A stretch of DNA of 64,000 nt from Spirochaetia bacterium. GTDB lineage: Bacteria > Spirochaetota > Spirochaetia > DSM-2461. The position numbers and the translations under genes were made by a program. Positions 9,768 to 23,224 of this stretch are shown here, in pieces (the stretch's first letter is position 1; each line of letters starts with the position of its first letter). The DNA is taken from contig OY764216.1 of NCBI GenBank assembly GCA_963668315.1, positions 1,920,001 through 1,984,000 on the forward strand, read 5' to 3'. The notes beneath the pieces are model-generated. The model was not told the DNA's origin and did no database searches. It worked only from the letters and a program-made list of their open reading frames with translations.

Positions 9768-12539
9768 TCATTCTTCGGGCTTGAGGATCACCTGCTGTAT
9801 TCTCTCCGTATCCAGATATTTTACAGCCGTATTTCTTAAGCTGTCCGCCGTGACGGAACGGGCCAGTTCCTCTCCCTCCAGAAGGTAGCGGGGATCCAGG
9901 TCCCGGCTTATCAGAAAGCTCAGGTTGTAAAGGTACCATCCGTTGCTGCGGAGATTCTCCTCGTAGCCCCTCAGGCGGGCCTCCGACACATTGCGGGCAT
10001 AAGTTTCCAGGGCGGTGCCGTTCCGGAAACCGTCCATCTCCGTTTTGACCAGGTCCACCAGTTCATCGGCTCTGTCCGGATCGCAGGAAAACTGTACCGC
10101 AAGGCTGTATTCCCCCGCCGGGATCATATGGGACCGGGCCGATACGGAGACCGAATAGGCCCCGCCGTACTCTTCCCGTACCTTCTCCAGCAGTCTGTCC
10201 TGGAGGCCGTCCCCCAGGGCCGAAAGAGCATAGGCCTCCTCATAGGACCAGTCCATGTGCCCGCTGATGATCAGCGTGACATATCCCTGCTCTCCTATGC
10301 CCGACTCTACGGTCCGTTCCATGCGGCTCTCGTTGTACCGGAGACCCCGGTCTTCCCACTGCTCCGATCCGTCCACGGAAATAAGGGACGCCGCGTAAAG
10401 GGAGAGAAGCCTCTCCATCTCGGCCAGATCCAGATTTCCCACAAAATAGAGGGAAAAGTCGTCCCCGTCGAAGAAACGCTGGCGGAAAATCCCGAAGGCC
10501 CTTTCGTAATCCATCTCGTTCAGGGTTTCGAAGGTCAGCGGCCGGGATCGGGGATGTCCCATGAACACCGTTTCGTTGAGAACCCGGCTGTACTGCTCCA
10601 TGGGGTCCTTCTCCTGCTGCTCCAGATAATCGGCCAGTCTCTCCCGGTAGGCATTCCAGCCCTCGGGCCTGTAGAGTGGTTCCGTAAAGTACAAATTCAT
10701 GAGCTGCATCAGGTATTCCAGATCATCGGGCGTGGCAAAGCCGCTTAAATTTTCCCAGTAATCCCCGATGGAAGGGGAGAGGGACACGTTCTTCGACGAA
10801 AGAAACTGCTCCAGCTCCACCGAAGTCATAAGGCCCAGTCCCGATTCGGTCACGGCGGTGGAGGCCAGAGCTGCCGAAATGACATCGCTGTCGGGCACCA
10901 GGGACGCCCCGCCGGGACTCACGGCCTTGAAAAGAATCTCGTTATCCTTGAAGTCCGTCTGCTTGAGATAGACTTTCATGCCGTTGGACAAGGTCCAGGT
11001 ATGAAGGTCCAGATCCTCGCTGTACTCTTTATTAATGACGGAACCCGGTTCGGGAAGACGGTCCATCAGCGTGGCGAACACCCGGCCGTCCTCGTAGGGA
11101 GCCAGTTCCGATTCTTCGACTTCGATCATAACCTGCCGTATCTGATCTTCCCCGGGGGCGGTGGGGCCCATGAAGGAGATGACCCTGTTCCTGTCGGTGA
11201 ACCAGGGATCCCCCGTTTTCCGGATCTCCCCAGTTGTCACATGGCTCAGAAGCTCCTCCAGCTTCTCCTTTTCCCAGGTAAGAGTGGTAATGCTGTCCCC
11301 CGTGTTGAGGGAGGAGAGGATAACCGAAGCCCAGGTGGCCGATGAAAGCTTCTCCTTGATCATGTAATCGTAACCCGAAAGCATCTGCTCCCCGGCCCGG
11401 TTCAGCTCGGCCCCGGTGAAACCGTAACGCCTGACCCGCTCCACCTCGGTCCAGAATACCCTGAATCCCCGCTGAAGTTCCCCCGGATTCGTCATCACGC
11501 CCCACTGGAATAGATGCTTATCCCGGGCGGTGCCGTTGCTGCCGGCGTAACCGTTTATAAAAGGGGGCGTTCCCTGGCCCATCAGCTCGGAGATCCTGTT
11601 GTTGAACATAATCGAGAAAAGCTGTTCCTTGAAATACCTTTCCCAGCCCTCGGGAGAATCGGTGATGACCGGCGGATATTTATTGATGATTTCCAGAGAG
11701 GAAACGGTCGCCTCCTCGTCGCTTTGCATACTGAATAGGGGGCCTTCATGGTCGGGCACGGGATAATCAGCCCGGACGGGCCCATCCACGCGGTTCTCAT
11801 AGGGCGAAAAGTATTCGGCTATAAGGCCGGCCGTTTCCTCCCTGTCCACATCCCCCGCGACGACAACGCTCATAAGTTCCGGTCTGTACCAGTCGGAATA
11901 GAATTTCTCCAGATCCGCCGCCGTGGCGTTTTTAATCACGCTCTCCAGGCCGATGGGGAGCCTTTCCCCGTAACGGGAACCGGAATAAATGAGGGGGAAG
12001 CTCTTCTCGACCATCCGCCCCGTGGCATCCAGGCCCATCCGCCTCTCTTCCAAAATGACGGCCTTCTCCTTTTCCACTTCCTCATCGGTCAGCATGATAT
12101 GGAACGCCCATTGGCTGAGCACGGCCAGACCCTGCTCCAGCTCCCCCGGGGTAGAGGTGTCCACCGTCAGTTTATAAACCGTTTCGTTAAAGGAGGTGGA
12201 CGCGTTTATCTCCGGGCCGAACTCCATCCCCAGGGACTGCAGGTAATCCACCAGCTCGTTATGGGGATAGGCCTCGGTGCCGTTAAAAGCCATATGCTCC
12301 AGAAAATGGGCCAGCCCCCGCTGATTCTCCTCTTCCAGAATCGATCCGGCATCAACCACAAGACGAAGTTCCGCCCGGTTTTCCGGCAGGTCGTTTGTTC
12401 TGATAAACCAGGATAATCCGTTATCCAGAGAGCCGGTAGACAGCTCCGGATCGGCGGGCATCACCTCATCGGGCGTGGCCAGGGCCGGCAGGAGGAAAGA
12501 AACACCCCACAGAAGGGGCAGGATGAAATATCTTTTCAT
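9768..12539 (-). CDS. Secreted M16 family (PqqL-like) zinc metallopeptidase
   Basis: Inverted zinc motif GLAHFLEHMAFNGT, NASTSFNETVY, RLPIG and an N-terminal signal peptide. Confidence 0.92.
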   Translation of the reverse strand: MKRYFILPLLWGVSFLLPALATPDEVMPADPELSTGSLDNGLSWFIRTNDLPENRAELRLVVDAGSILEEENQRGLAHFLEHMAFNGTEAYPHNELVDYLQSLGMEFGPEINASTSFNETVYKLTVDTSTPGELEQGLAVLSQWAFHIMLTDEEVEKEKAVILEERRMGLDATGRMVEKSFPLIYSGSRYGERLPIGLESVIKNATAADLEKFYSDWYRPELMSVVVAGDVDREETAGLIAEYFSPYENRVDGPVRADYPVPDHEGPLFSMQSDEEATVSSLEIINKYPPVITDSPEGWERYFKEQLFSIMFNNRISELMGQGTPPFINGYAGSNGTARDKHLFQWGVMTNPGELQRGFRVFWTEVERVRRYGFTGAELNRAGEQMLSGYDYMIKEKLSSATWASVILSSLNTGDSITTLTWEKEKLEELLSHVTTGEIRKTGDPWFTDRNRVISFMGPTAPGEDQIRQVMIEVEESELAPYEDGRVFATLMDRLPEPGSVINKEYSEDLDLHTWTLSNGMKVYLKQTDFKDNEILFKAVSPGGASLVPDSDVISAALASTAVTESGLGLMTSVELEQFLSSKNVSLSPSIGDYWENLSGFATPDDLEYLMQLMNLYFTEPLYRPEGWNAYRERLADYLEQQEKDPMEQYSRVLNETVFMGHPRSRPLTFETLNEMDYERAFGIFRQRFFDGDDFSLYFVGNLDLAEMERLLSLYAASLISVDGSEQWEDRGLRYNESRMERTVESGIGEQGYVTLIISGHMDWSYEEAYALSALGDGLQDRLLEKVREEYGGAYSVSVSARSHMIPAGEYSLAVQFSCDPDRADELVDLVKTEMDGFRNGTALETYARNVSEARLRGYEENLRSNGWYLYNLSFLISRDLDPRYLLEGEELARSVTADSLRNTAVKYLDTERIQQVILKPEE

Positions 12540-12544
12540 ATGAA

Positions 12545-13039
12545 TTACCGGTTATCGATATCCAGGGCGTCCCAGGGGTAGCAGATCCACTCGTCCCCCA
12601 GTTCCTCACCGCAGAAATAGTGATCCACCAGCTTGGGCAGTTCGGCTTTCTTGGGCTTATCCTTCCTGTGAAGAACGGCCAGCCCGATTTCCGCGGGATT
12701 ATACCTTGCCAGCTGTTCCGCGCAGAAAGCAATCGTTGTTCCCGAATCGTCCACCTCGTCCACGATCAGAACCCTCCGGTTTTCCACCAGCTCCTCCGGC
12801 TTGTCCAGCCACTGGGTAATCTGGGGCCCCTTCTCGCCGGTCTGCTTTCCTTCATAAAGGGCAATGCTCACCGTATAAATGGGAATCTCGAGAAACGTTC
12901 TGAGAATCCGCGCGGGAATAAACCCGCCACCGCCGATGGCAATCATAATTTCCGGCTTGAGATGACTTCCCTTGATCTTGTCGGAAAGTGCCTTAACTGT
13001 CCTGTGAATATCATTATAAGAATAAAACCGTTTTTCCAT
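12545..13039 (-). CDS. Type I purine phosphoribosyltransferase (hypoxanthine/xanthine/guanine)
   Basis: PRPP motif VLIVDEVDDSGTT, AIGGGGFIPARILR and WICYPWD. True start is probably ATG 13039; the ORF-track extension runs through a GC-rich element. Confidence 0.85.
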   Translation of the reverse strand: MEKRFYSYNDIHRTVKALSDKIKGSHLKPEIMIAIGGGGFIPARILRTFLEIPIYTVSIALYEGKQTGEKGPQITQWLDKPEELVENRRVLIVDEVDDSGTTIAFCAEQLARYNPAEIGLAVLHRKDKPKKAELPKLVDHYFCGEELGDEWICYPWDALDIDNR

Positions 13040-13121
13040 GAAACCATTATAGTCAGTTTTACTCCCGCTGGCCATAGGTTCCGAGGGCAAAAAACAAGCC
13101 TGATTACTCCCTTTATAAGAA

Positions 13122-13232
13122 GCCGGGCGGCCCCTCCGCTCCTCCGTCGCTCCGGTCGGGCTGTCCGGGGCTCCGCTTCCGCTCCGGCCGGCTTCGCCGT
13201 CAGCCTCCGGCTCCCCTCCCATCCCTCCCGCG
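13122..13232. repeat. GC-rich intergenic element with reiterated CTCCG motifs (REP-like)
   Basis: GCCGGGCGGCCCCTCCGCTCCTCCGTCGCTCCGGTCGGGCTGTCCGGGGCTCCGCTTCCGCTCCGGCCGG..., sharply more GC-rich than its flanks. Only one copy is visible in the window. Confidence 0.4.
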
Positions 13233-13272
13233 TAAGGCGGACATGGAGCGGCGTTTAGGCGTGACTGGCCGG

Positions 13273-13404
13273 GTTATATTGAAAACGATCTAATAACGGC
13301 GAGGAGGGTCTTATATTGAAAGCGAGCTAATAACGCCAAAGAGGCCGTTATATTGAAAGCAATCTAATAACGCCAAAGAAGCCGTTATATTGAAAACAAT
13401 CTAA
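13273..13404. repeat. 37-bp tandem repeat, three full copies and one partial
   Basis: Units start at 13273, 13310, 13347 and 13384. Consensus GTTATATTGAAARCRATCTAATAACGCCAAAGARGCC. Confidence 0.92.
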
Positions 13405-13673
13405 CCACATAAAGCGTATGTCAGCAGAAAGACGACCTGCCCCCTCAGCTCCCGAGCAAGAAAAGCGCAGCTCCCGCTGACAAGAGAAAGACCGGGAGCT
13501 CATCCCCAATTTCTTCATTTTCCTTAGCGCTTTTCATGACTTTCGCGGTCAACCTCTTCTCCAGGTCCCGCTCCCCATCAATCCCCTTTTGCTCTTAAAT
13601 ACCCCTTCTCACTGGTCATAACGCCCCAGAACTGGTCATCTTTCAATTTTTCAAAGTTTTTTCAGAATTACTG

Positions 13674-13702
13674 TTGACAGTTTTCTGCTGAACCTGTATA
13701 TT
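13674..13702 (+). promoter_or_regulatory. rrn promoter P1 (sigma-70 type)
   Basis: TTGACA (13674), 17 bp, TATATT (13697), with a T-tract UP-like region upstream. Confidence 0.8.
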
Positions 13703-13824
13703 CCTCCTCACGCTCTGACGGGGTGAACGAAACGCACCGCACAGAGCCGAGGATAAAGGCCGAAAAGCCTGGAACCCTGAGCCGATCGGCCTGAAAAACT
13801 TTTTCAAAAAGTTTTGAAAGCCGG

Positions 13825-13853
13825 TTGACAAAAAAAGCGGGTTGTAGTAAATT
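13825..13853 (+). promoter_or_regulatory. rrn promoter P2 (sigma-70 type)
   Basis: TTGACA (13825), 17 bp, TAAATT (13848). The upstream A/T tract resembles that of P1 and a GC-rich discriminator follows. Confidence 0.75.
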
Positions 13854-14164
13854 ACTGCTCGCGCCACTGAGGAAGTCCAGAAGCACTGCGGTGCGGCACG
13901 GTACTTTGCGAGGTAAGGCAACTTGTTCTTAGAAAAAGATTTAGAGAAGGGAAGTTTGAATAACGGGAACTTGAGTATTGTTTAATTTGAATAGCAATGT
14001 TTTTTAAATAGTTTCTGTCAATTCCAAGACCATTTATTAATATAATGGCGAACAAAGTCAGCAAGACGAGAAATTGTTTTGATGTTTTGTTTTGAGAAGC
14101 AACTATTCCTAGTTGTGGATCTACTTAACTATTGATTAGTAACTGTCTTCGGACAGTTAATTAT

Positions 14165-15707
<1,543 letters not shown>

Positions 15708-15830
15708 CGAGAAAGGTACAGAATCTTAATTGATTCGAAAGTCCCAGTGATTTGTACACACTGGGCATGACAGAAACAGCACAAGTTCCCGTTGTTCAAG
15801 CTTCTCTTAATCTTAAAAGAAGCGCTATAA

Positions 15831-15904
<74 letters not shown>

Positions 15905-16086
15905 TGCTTGGAAACTGTTTTGTAAAAGGCAGTTTCATTTTTTGATCTTTAAATAAACATTCTGATATATGCAGGATGATAGATACCAAGTTTTTCGGTT
16001 ACTAATCCGTGTGGGTTATACCGGTAAGCGTACAGTTTCAATACTTGTAGGTATCGCGATGATAGAGAAGGGATAAAGGATAATAT

Positions 16087-18998
<2,912 letters not shown>

Positions 18999-19160
18999 AT
19001 ATTATTCTTTATCCCTGATGGAAGCTGTAACTTCCCTTTTGAGTTCTGCTCAAATGAGAAATTAGAGTTAAGTTTTTTCAGATGATGTTTGTCTGGGAAG
19101 CTCTATCAGAAATAGTACGGATCGGCTTAGGTCGTTCGTACGCCATAACAATGTTAATTT

Positions 19161-19273
19161 GTCTGGTGATTATAGCGTTGAGGTTATACCTGTTCCCATA
19201 CCGAACACAGAAGTCAAGCTCAATTGCGCCGATGGTACTGCGGTTCCCGTGGGAGAGTAGGTCGTCGCCAGGC
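19161..19273 (+). rRNA. rrf: 5S ribosomal RNA
   Basis: GTCTGGTG...CCCATACCGAACACAGAAGTCAAG...CGCCGATGGTA...GAGAGTAGGTCGTCGCCAGGC followed by a T run. Confidence 0.97.
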
Positions 19274-19565
19274 TTTTTTTTTGTTATAACGGTTTTACTG
19301 TCCATGGATGTTCCCTTGAAAGGGAGCGATGACCCTTGGGCAAGGTATTGCGGAAGCGCCGCAAAACCGCGTGAAGTGAGCCTACGAACGAGAACTTTGT
19401 ACATAAACGTATCTGTTCAGATCATAATCCATTCTCCGTCCTTTTAAGAAATCCTTAGAAAAACTTCCCGAAAAACCGACAAAGGTGAATCTTTTCAAAA
19501 TTGTCTTCCCGATGATATAATATGTCCTATAATATAAAGATGTTTAACACAGGAGAATATCCGTC

Positions 19566-21833
19566 ATGAAAAATGTAGATACAACAAAAGAGCTTGTACA
19601 GGGGACATATAAGTTATCATCCGATAATCTCAAGATCATCAGAAAAAGGGTGAACCGTCCTTTGACACTGGCGGAAAAAATTCTCTTCTGCCATCTTTCC
19701 GACCCGGAAAATCAGGATCTCACAAGGGGGGAGAGTTTTCTTCTGCTCAATCCTGACCGTGTGGCCATGCAGGACGCCACCGCACAAATGGCCATTCTCC
19801 AGTTTATGCTGTCCGGCAGGGATGAATCTGCCGTTCCTGCGACGGTTCATTGCGATCATCTGATCAGGGCTCACGAAGGTAATGATGTCGATCTCGCGTC
19901 GGCCAAGGAAGAGAACAAGGAAATCTATGATTTTCTTTCATCCGCTGCCAGCCGCTATAACATAGGATTCTGGGAACCAGGAGCAGGTATCATCCACCAG
20001 ATTGTTTTGGAAAATTACGCCTTTCCCGGCGGATTGATGATTGGCACGGATTCCCATACTCCCAACGCCGGAGGACTGGCGATGGTTGCCAGTGGAGTAG
20101 GGGGCGCCGATGCTTCCGATGTTATGGCCGGCCTGCCCTGGGAAGTGAAGAACCCCCGTATCATCGGTGTGAAACTGACGGGGAAGTTATCCGGATGGAC
20201 TTCGCCCAAGGATGTTATAATAAAGCTTTTGAGTCTCCTTACGGTTAAGGGGGGAACAAACTGTATCATTGAATATTTCGGTGAAGGCTGCCGATCGATA
20301 AGCTGTACCGGTAAGGGAACAATTACCAATATGGGAGCCGAACTGGGCGCTACCTGTTCCCTGTTTCCCTATGATGAGAAAATGAATGCCTATCTGGATA
20401 AGACCGGAAGGCAGGAACTGGCCCGGCTGGCCGACGGTAATTCTGATTTGCTGACCGCCGATGAAGACGTTCTGTCGAATCCGGAAAGTTATTATGATAA
20501 GGTGATAGAGATTGATCTCTCCTCACTGGAACCCCAGATAGCCGGCCCCCATTCTCCCGACGCGGTAACATCCCTTTCCGAAATGAAGGAGAGAGCCGAA
20601 TTGGAAAACTGGCCCGTCAATTTGACCGCGGCGCTTATCGGCAGCTGTACGAATTCTTCCTATGAGGATATTGATAGATCGGCTTCCCTTATGAAGGAAG
20701 CAATGAAGCAGGGTATCAAGCCAGCCCTTCCGCTGATGATCTCACCCGGTTCACTGCTGGTTAAGGATACTTTGATCAGAGACGGCCAGCTATCTGTTCT
20801 TGAAGAGGGAGGTGCCGTCATCCTTTCCAATTCCTGCGGTCCCTGCATTGGCCAGTGGCAGCGGGATGATGTGGAAAAGGGTGTCAGGAACAGTCTGGTC
20901 AACAGTTTCAATAGAAATTTCAGAGCCCGAAATGACGGAAATCCCGAAACGCTCTCTTTTATCGCCAGCCCGGAGATGGTTACCGCCATGGGAATCAGCG
21001 GCCGATTGGATTTTAATCCCCTGACAGATAAACTGGTCAATGCTCAGGGCGAGGAAGTCCTTCTGCCCCTTCCCGTGGGAGATGAGCTTCCTCAAAGGGA
21101 ATTTCTCAGTCTGGGAAAGGGGTATAATGAACCGAAAGGGGCATCGGTCAAAGTATGGGTTAACGAAACGTCCGACCGCTTGCAGATTCTTACTCCCTTC
21201 GAAGCCTGGGACGGGAAGGACATGGCCGATATGCCGATTCTATGCAAAGCAAGGGGAAAATGCACCACCGACCATATCAGTCCCGCCGGTGTATGGCTCC
21301 GTTACAGAGGACATCTTGATAATATTTCCAATAATATGCTTTATGGAGCTGTAAACGCTTTTACCGGAGAGACGGGTAAGGGAACGAATCTTCTGACCGG
21401 TGAACAGGGGCTGCGGTTTTCCCAGATCGCCAGAGATTACAAAGACCGGAAACGAAACTGGATCATCGTTGGTGATGAGAATTACGGAGAGGGCAGCAGC
21501 CGGGAACATGCTGCCATGAGTCCCCGGTTTCTGGGCTGTTCCGTTGTGCTGGTTAAGAGTTTTGCCCGGATACACGAAACGAATCTGAAAAAGCAGGGAA
21601 TCCTTGCCGTCACATTTGCCGATCCGGAGGATTACGGGAAAATCAGAGAGGATGATCTTCTGACTCTCAAGGGATTGGGGGGCTTTACTCCCGGAAAAGC
21701 TCTGGACCTTGTTATAAAACACTCCGACGGTAGCTCTGAGAGCATATCAGTTCAGCATACCTACAACAGGGAACAGATTGCATGGTTTAAGGCGGGATCG
21801 GCTCTGAACGTACTCCGCCGTAATAGGGAATAG
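19566..21833 (+). CDS. Aconitate hydratase (mitochondrial-type subfamily)
   Basis: PDRVAMQDATAQMA, VHCDH, GTDSHT, IGSCTNSS, CGPCIGQW, TTDHIS and NYGEGSSREHAA. Confidence 0.95.
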   Translation: MKNVDTTKELVQGTYKLSSDNLKIIRKRVNRPLTLAEKILFCHLSDPENQDLTRGESFLLLNPDRVAMQDATAQMAILQFMLSGRDESAVPATVHCDHLIRAHEGNDVDLASAKEENKEIYDFLSSAASRYNIGFWEPGAGIIHQIVLENYAFPGGLMIGTDSHTPNAGGLAMVASGVGGADASDVMAGLPWEVKNPRIIGVKLTGKLSGWTSPKDVIIKLLSLLTVKGGTNCIIEYFGEGCRSISCTGKGTITNMGAELGATCSLFPYDEKMNAYLDKTGRQELARLADGNSDLLTADEDVLSNPESYYDKVIEIDLSSLEPQIAGPHSPDAVTSLSEMKERAELENWPVNLTAALIGSCTNSSYEDIDRSASLMKEAMKQGIKPALPLMISPGSLLVKDTLIRDGQLSVLEEGGAVILSNSCGPCIGQWQRDDVEKGVRNSLVNSFNRNFRARNDGNPETLSFIASPEMVTAMGISGRLDFNPLTDKLVNAQGEEVLLPLPVGDELPQREFLSLGKGYNEPKGASVKVWVNETSDRLQILTPFEAWDGKDMADMPILCKARGKCTTDHISPAGVWLRYRGHLDNISNNMLYGAVNAFTGETGKGTNLLTGEQGLRFSQIARDYKDRKRNWIIVGDENYGEGSSREHAAMSPRFLGCSVVLVKSFARIHETNLKKQGILAVTFADPEDYGKIREDDLLTLKGLGGFTPGKALDLVIKHSDGSSESISVQHTYNREQIAWFKAGSALNVLRRNRE

Positions 21834-21846
21834 CATAGGGGAATAA

Positions 21847-22410
21847 ATGGGAGATATTGTACTCATCGGAAGTTCTATTTTTGAGCTTTGGTATAATTAC
21901 GATAAGGCTTTTCCCGGGAGAAAAGCCCGTAATCTGGCGATTGGGGGAACAACGACAAGGGATTGGCTGGATGAAACTCTGCGGCCTCTTTTGAGAAAAG
22001 AAAAGCCCGGCGAAATTATTCTCTATGTGGGAAGCAACGATATTCTTGTACATGAAGAAGAGGAAATCAAAAATAATCTTCTGGCTGTCAGGAACTCTAT
22101 TTTCACCTATGATCCCCGAATCGGCTTTGCCTATTTTTCCATTATCAAAGCTCCCGGTAAAAGGGGGCAATGGGACAAAATCGAAAGAATCAACTCCTGG
22201 TTCAGGGACAGTCTGAAAAGGGGTGACTTTTTCTATGATACGGATAGGGTCTTTTTTATTAACGGCCGGCTCCGGGAGGATTATTTCCTGGAGGATTTGA
22301 CCCATCATCCCCCTGAAGCCTATGATGCTCTTGTTGACGATGTCACCGGCCGTTTAACGGACTGGCTTGATCAAAGGGAGTCACAGCGGGACCGGCAAAA
22401 CCCCGTATGA
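21847..22410 (+). CDS. SGNH/GDSL-like hydrolase
   Basis: GSSIF (block I), NLAIGG (block II), YVGSND (block III) and DLTH (DxxH). Confidence 0.8.
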   Translation: MGDIVLIGSSIFELWYNYDKAFPGRKARNLAIGGTTTRDWLDETLRPLLRKEKPGEIILYVGSNDILVHEEEEIKNNLLAVRNSIFTYDPRIGFAYFSIIKAPGKRGQWDKIERINSWFRDSLKRGDFFYDTDRVFFINGRLREDYFLEDLTHHPPEAYDALVDDVTGRLTDWLDQRESQRDRQNPV

Positions 22411-22416
22411 CAGACC

Positions 22417-23172
22417 TTAATCCACTTTGAGCAGTATGGGACAGTGATCGCTTCCCATGACATCCTGATGAATCAGAGAATCGGTTACACGGGGCGCCAG
22501 GCTGTCGTTAACACAGAAATAATCGATTCTCCATCCCACATTTCTTACCCGGGCGTTCATCCGGTAGGACCACCAGGTATATTGATCCGGTTCGGGATGA
22601 TGCAGCCGGAAAGTATCGGTGAAGCCGGAATTCAGAAATTGCTCCATCCAGTCTCTCTCTTCCGGCAGGTAGCCGGGGTTTTTCTCGTTACTTTTGGGAT
22701 TGGCCAGATCAATGGGCTTATGGGCGACATTGAAATCCCCGCAGATGACCACGTTTTCTCCTTTCTCCACAAGGCTTGACGCCTTTTCCTGAACCGCCTG
22801 ATTAAAGGCCAGTTTGTAGTCAAGCCTGGCGCCGGCCGCCTGGGAATTGGGAAAGTAGCAATTGAACAGAGTGATGTCGCCGAATTTCTGGATAAGGGTA
22901 CGTCCCTCTCTGTCAAAGTCCTTTTCCTCCAGCAGGCCTGAGTAATCCGGTTCCCGCCTCGAATAGGTGACCGTTCCGCTGTACCCCTTCTTTTCGGCAG
23001 AAGCCCAGGATACATGCCAGCCGGGGGGGGTAAATGTGTCATCCAGCTGTTCAGGCTGAGCTTTTGTCTCCTGTATACAGACAATATCCGCACCGCTTCC
23101 TTCCAGCCAGTTAAAAAAACCTTTTTTCTCTACGGCTCTGATGCCGTTGACATTCCAAGATATAATATTCAT
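22417..23172 (-). CDS. xth: Exodeoxyribonuclease III / AP endonuclease
   Basis: SWNVNGIRA, IQETK, GYSG, GDFNVAH, GWRIDY and SDHCP. Confidence 0.96.
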   Translation of the reverse strand: MNIISWNVNGIRAVEKKGFFNWLEGSGADIVCIQETKAQPEQLDDTFTPPGWHVSWASAEKKGYSGTVTYSRREPDYSGLLEEKDFDREGRTLIQKFGDITLFNCYFPNSQAAGARLDYKLAFNQAVQEKASSLVEKGENVVICGDFNVAHKPIDLANPKSNEKNPGYLPEERDWMEQFLNSGFTDTFRLHHPEPDQYTWWSYRMNARVRNVGWRIDYFCVNDSLAPRVTDSLIHQDVMGSDHCPILLKVD

Positions 23173-23224
23173 TTGCCAATCCTTAATTATGACGGCCATT
23201 CTTCATAGGGAGAATGGCCGTTTT

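Noticed and set aside
13040..13222. 61-aa N-terminal extension of the phosphoribosyltransferase
   Set aside because: It is read-through of the GC-rich intergenic element; similarity to the PRTase fold starts at MEKRFY (13039).
13273..13404. CRISPR array
   Set aside because: Linkers are only 12 bp and nearly identical in units 2-3, the period is 37 bp, and no cas genes are in the window. Kept as a tandem repeat.
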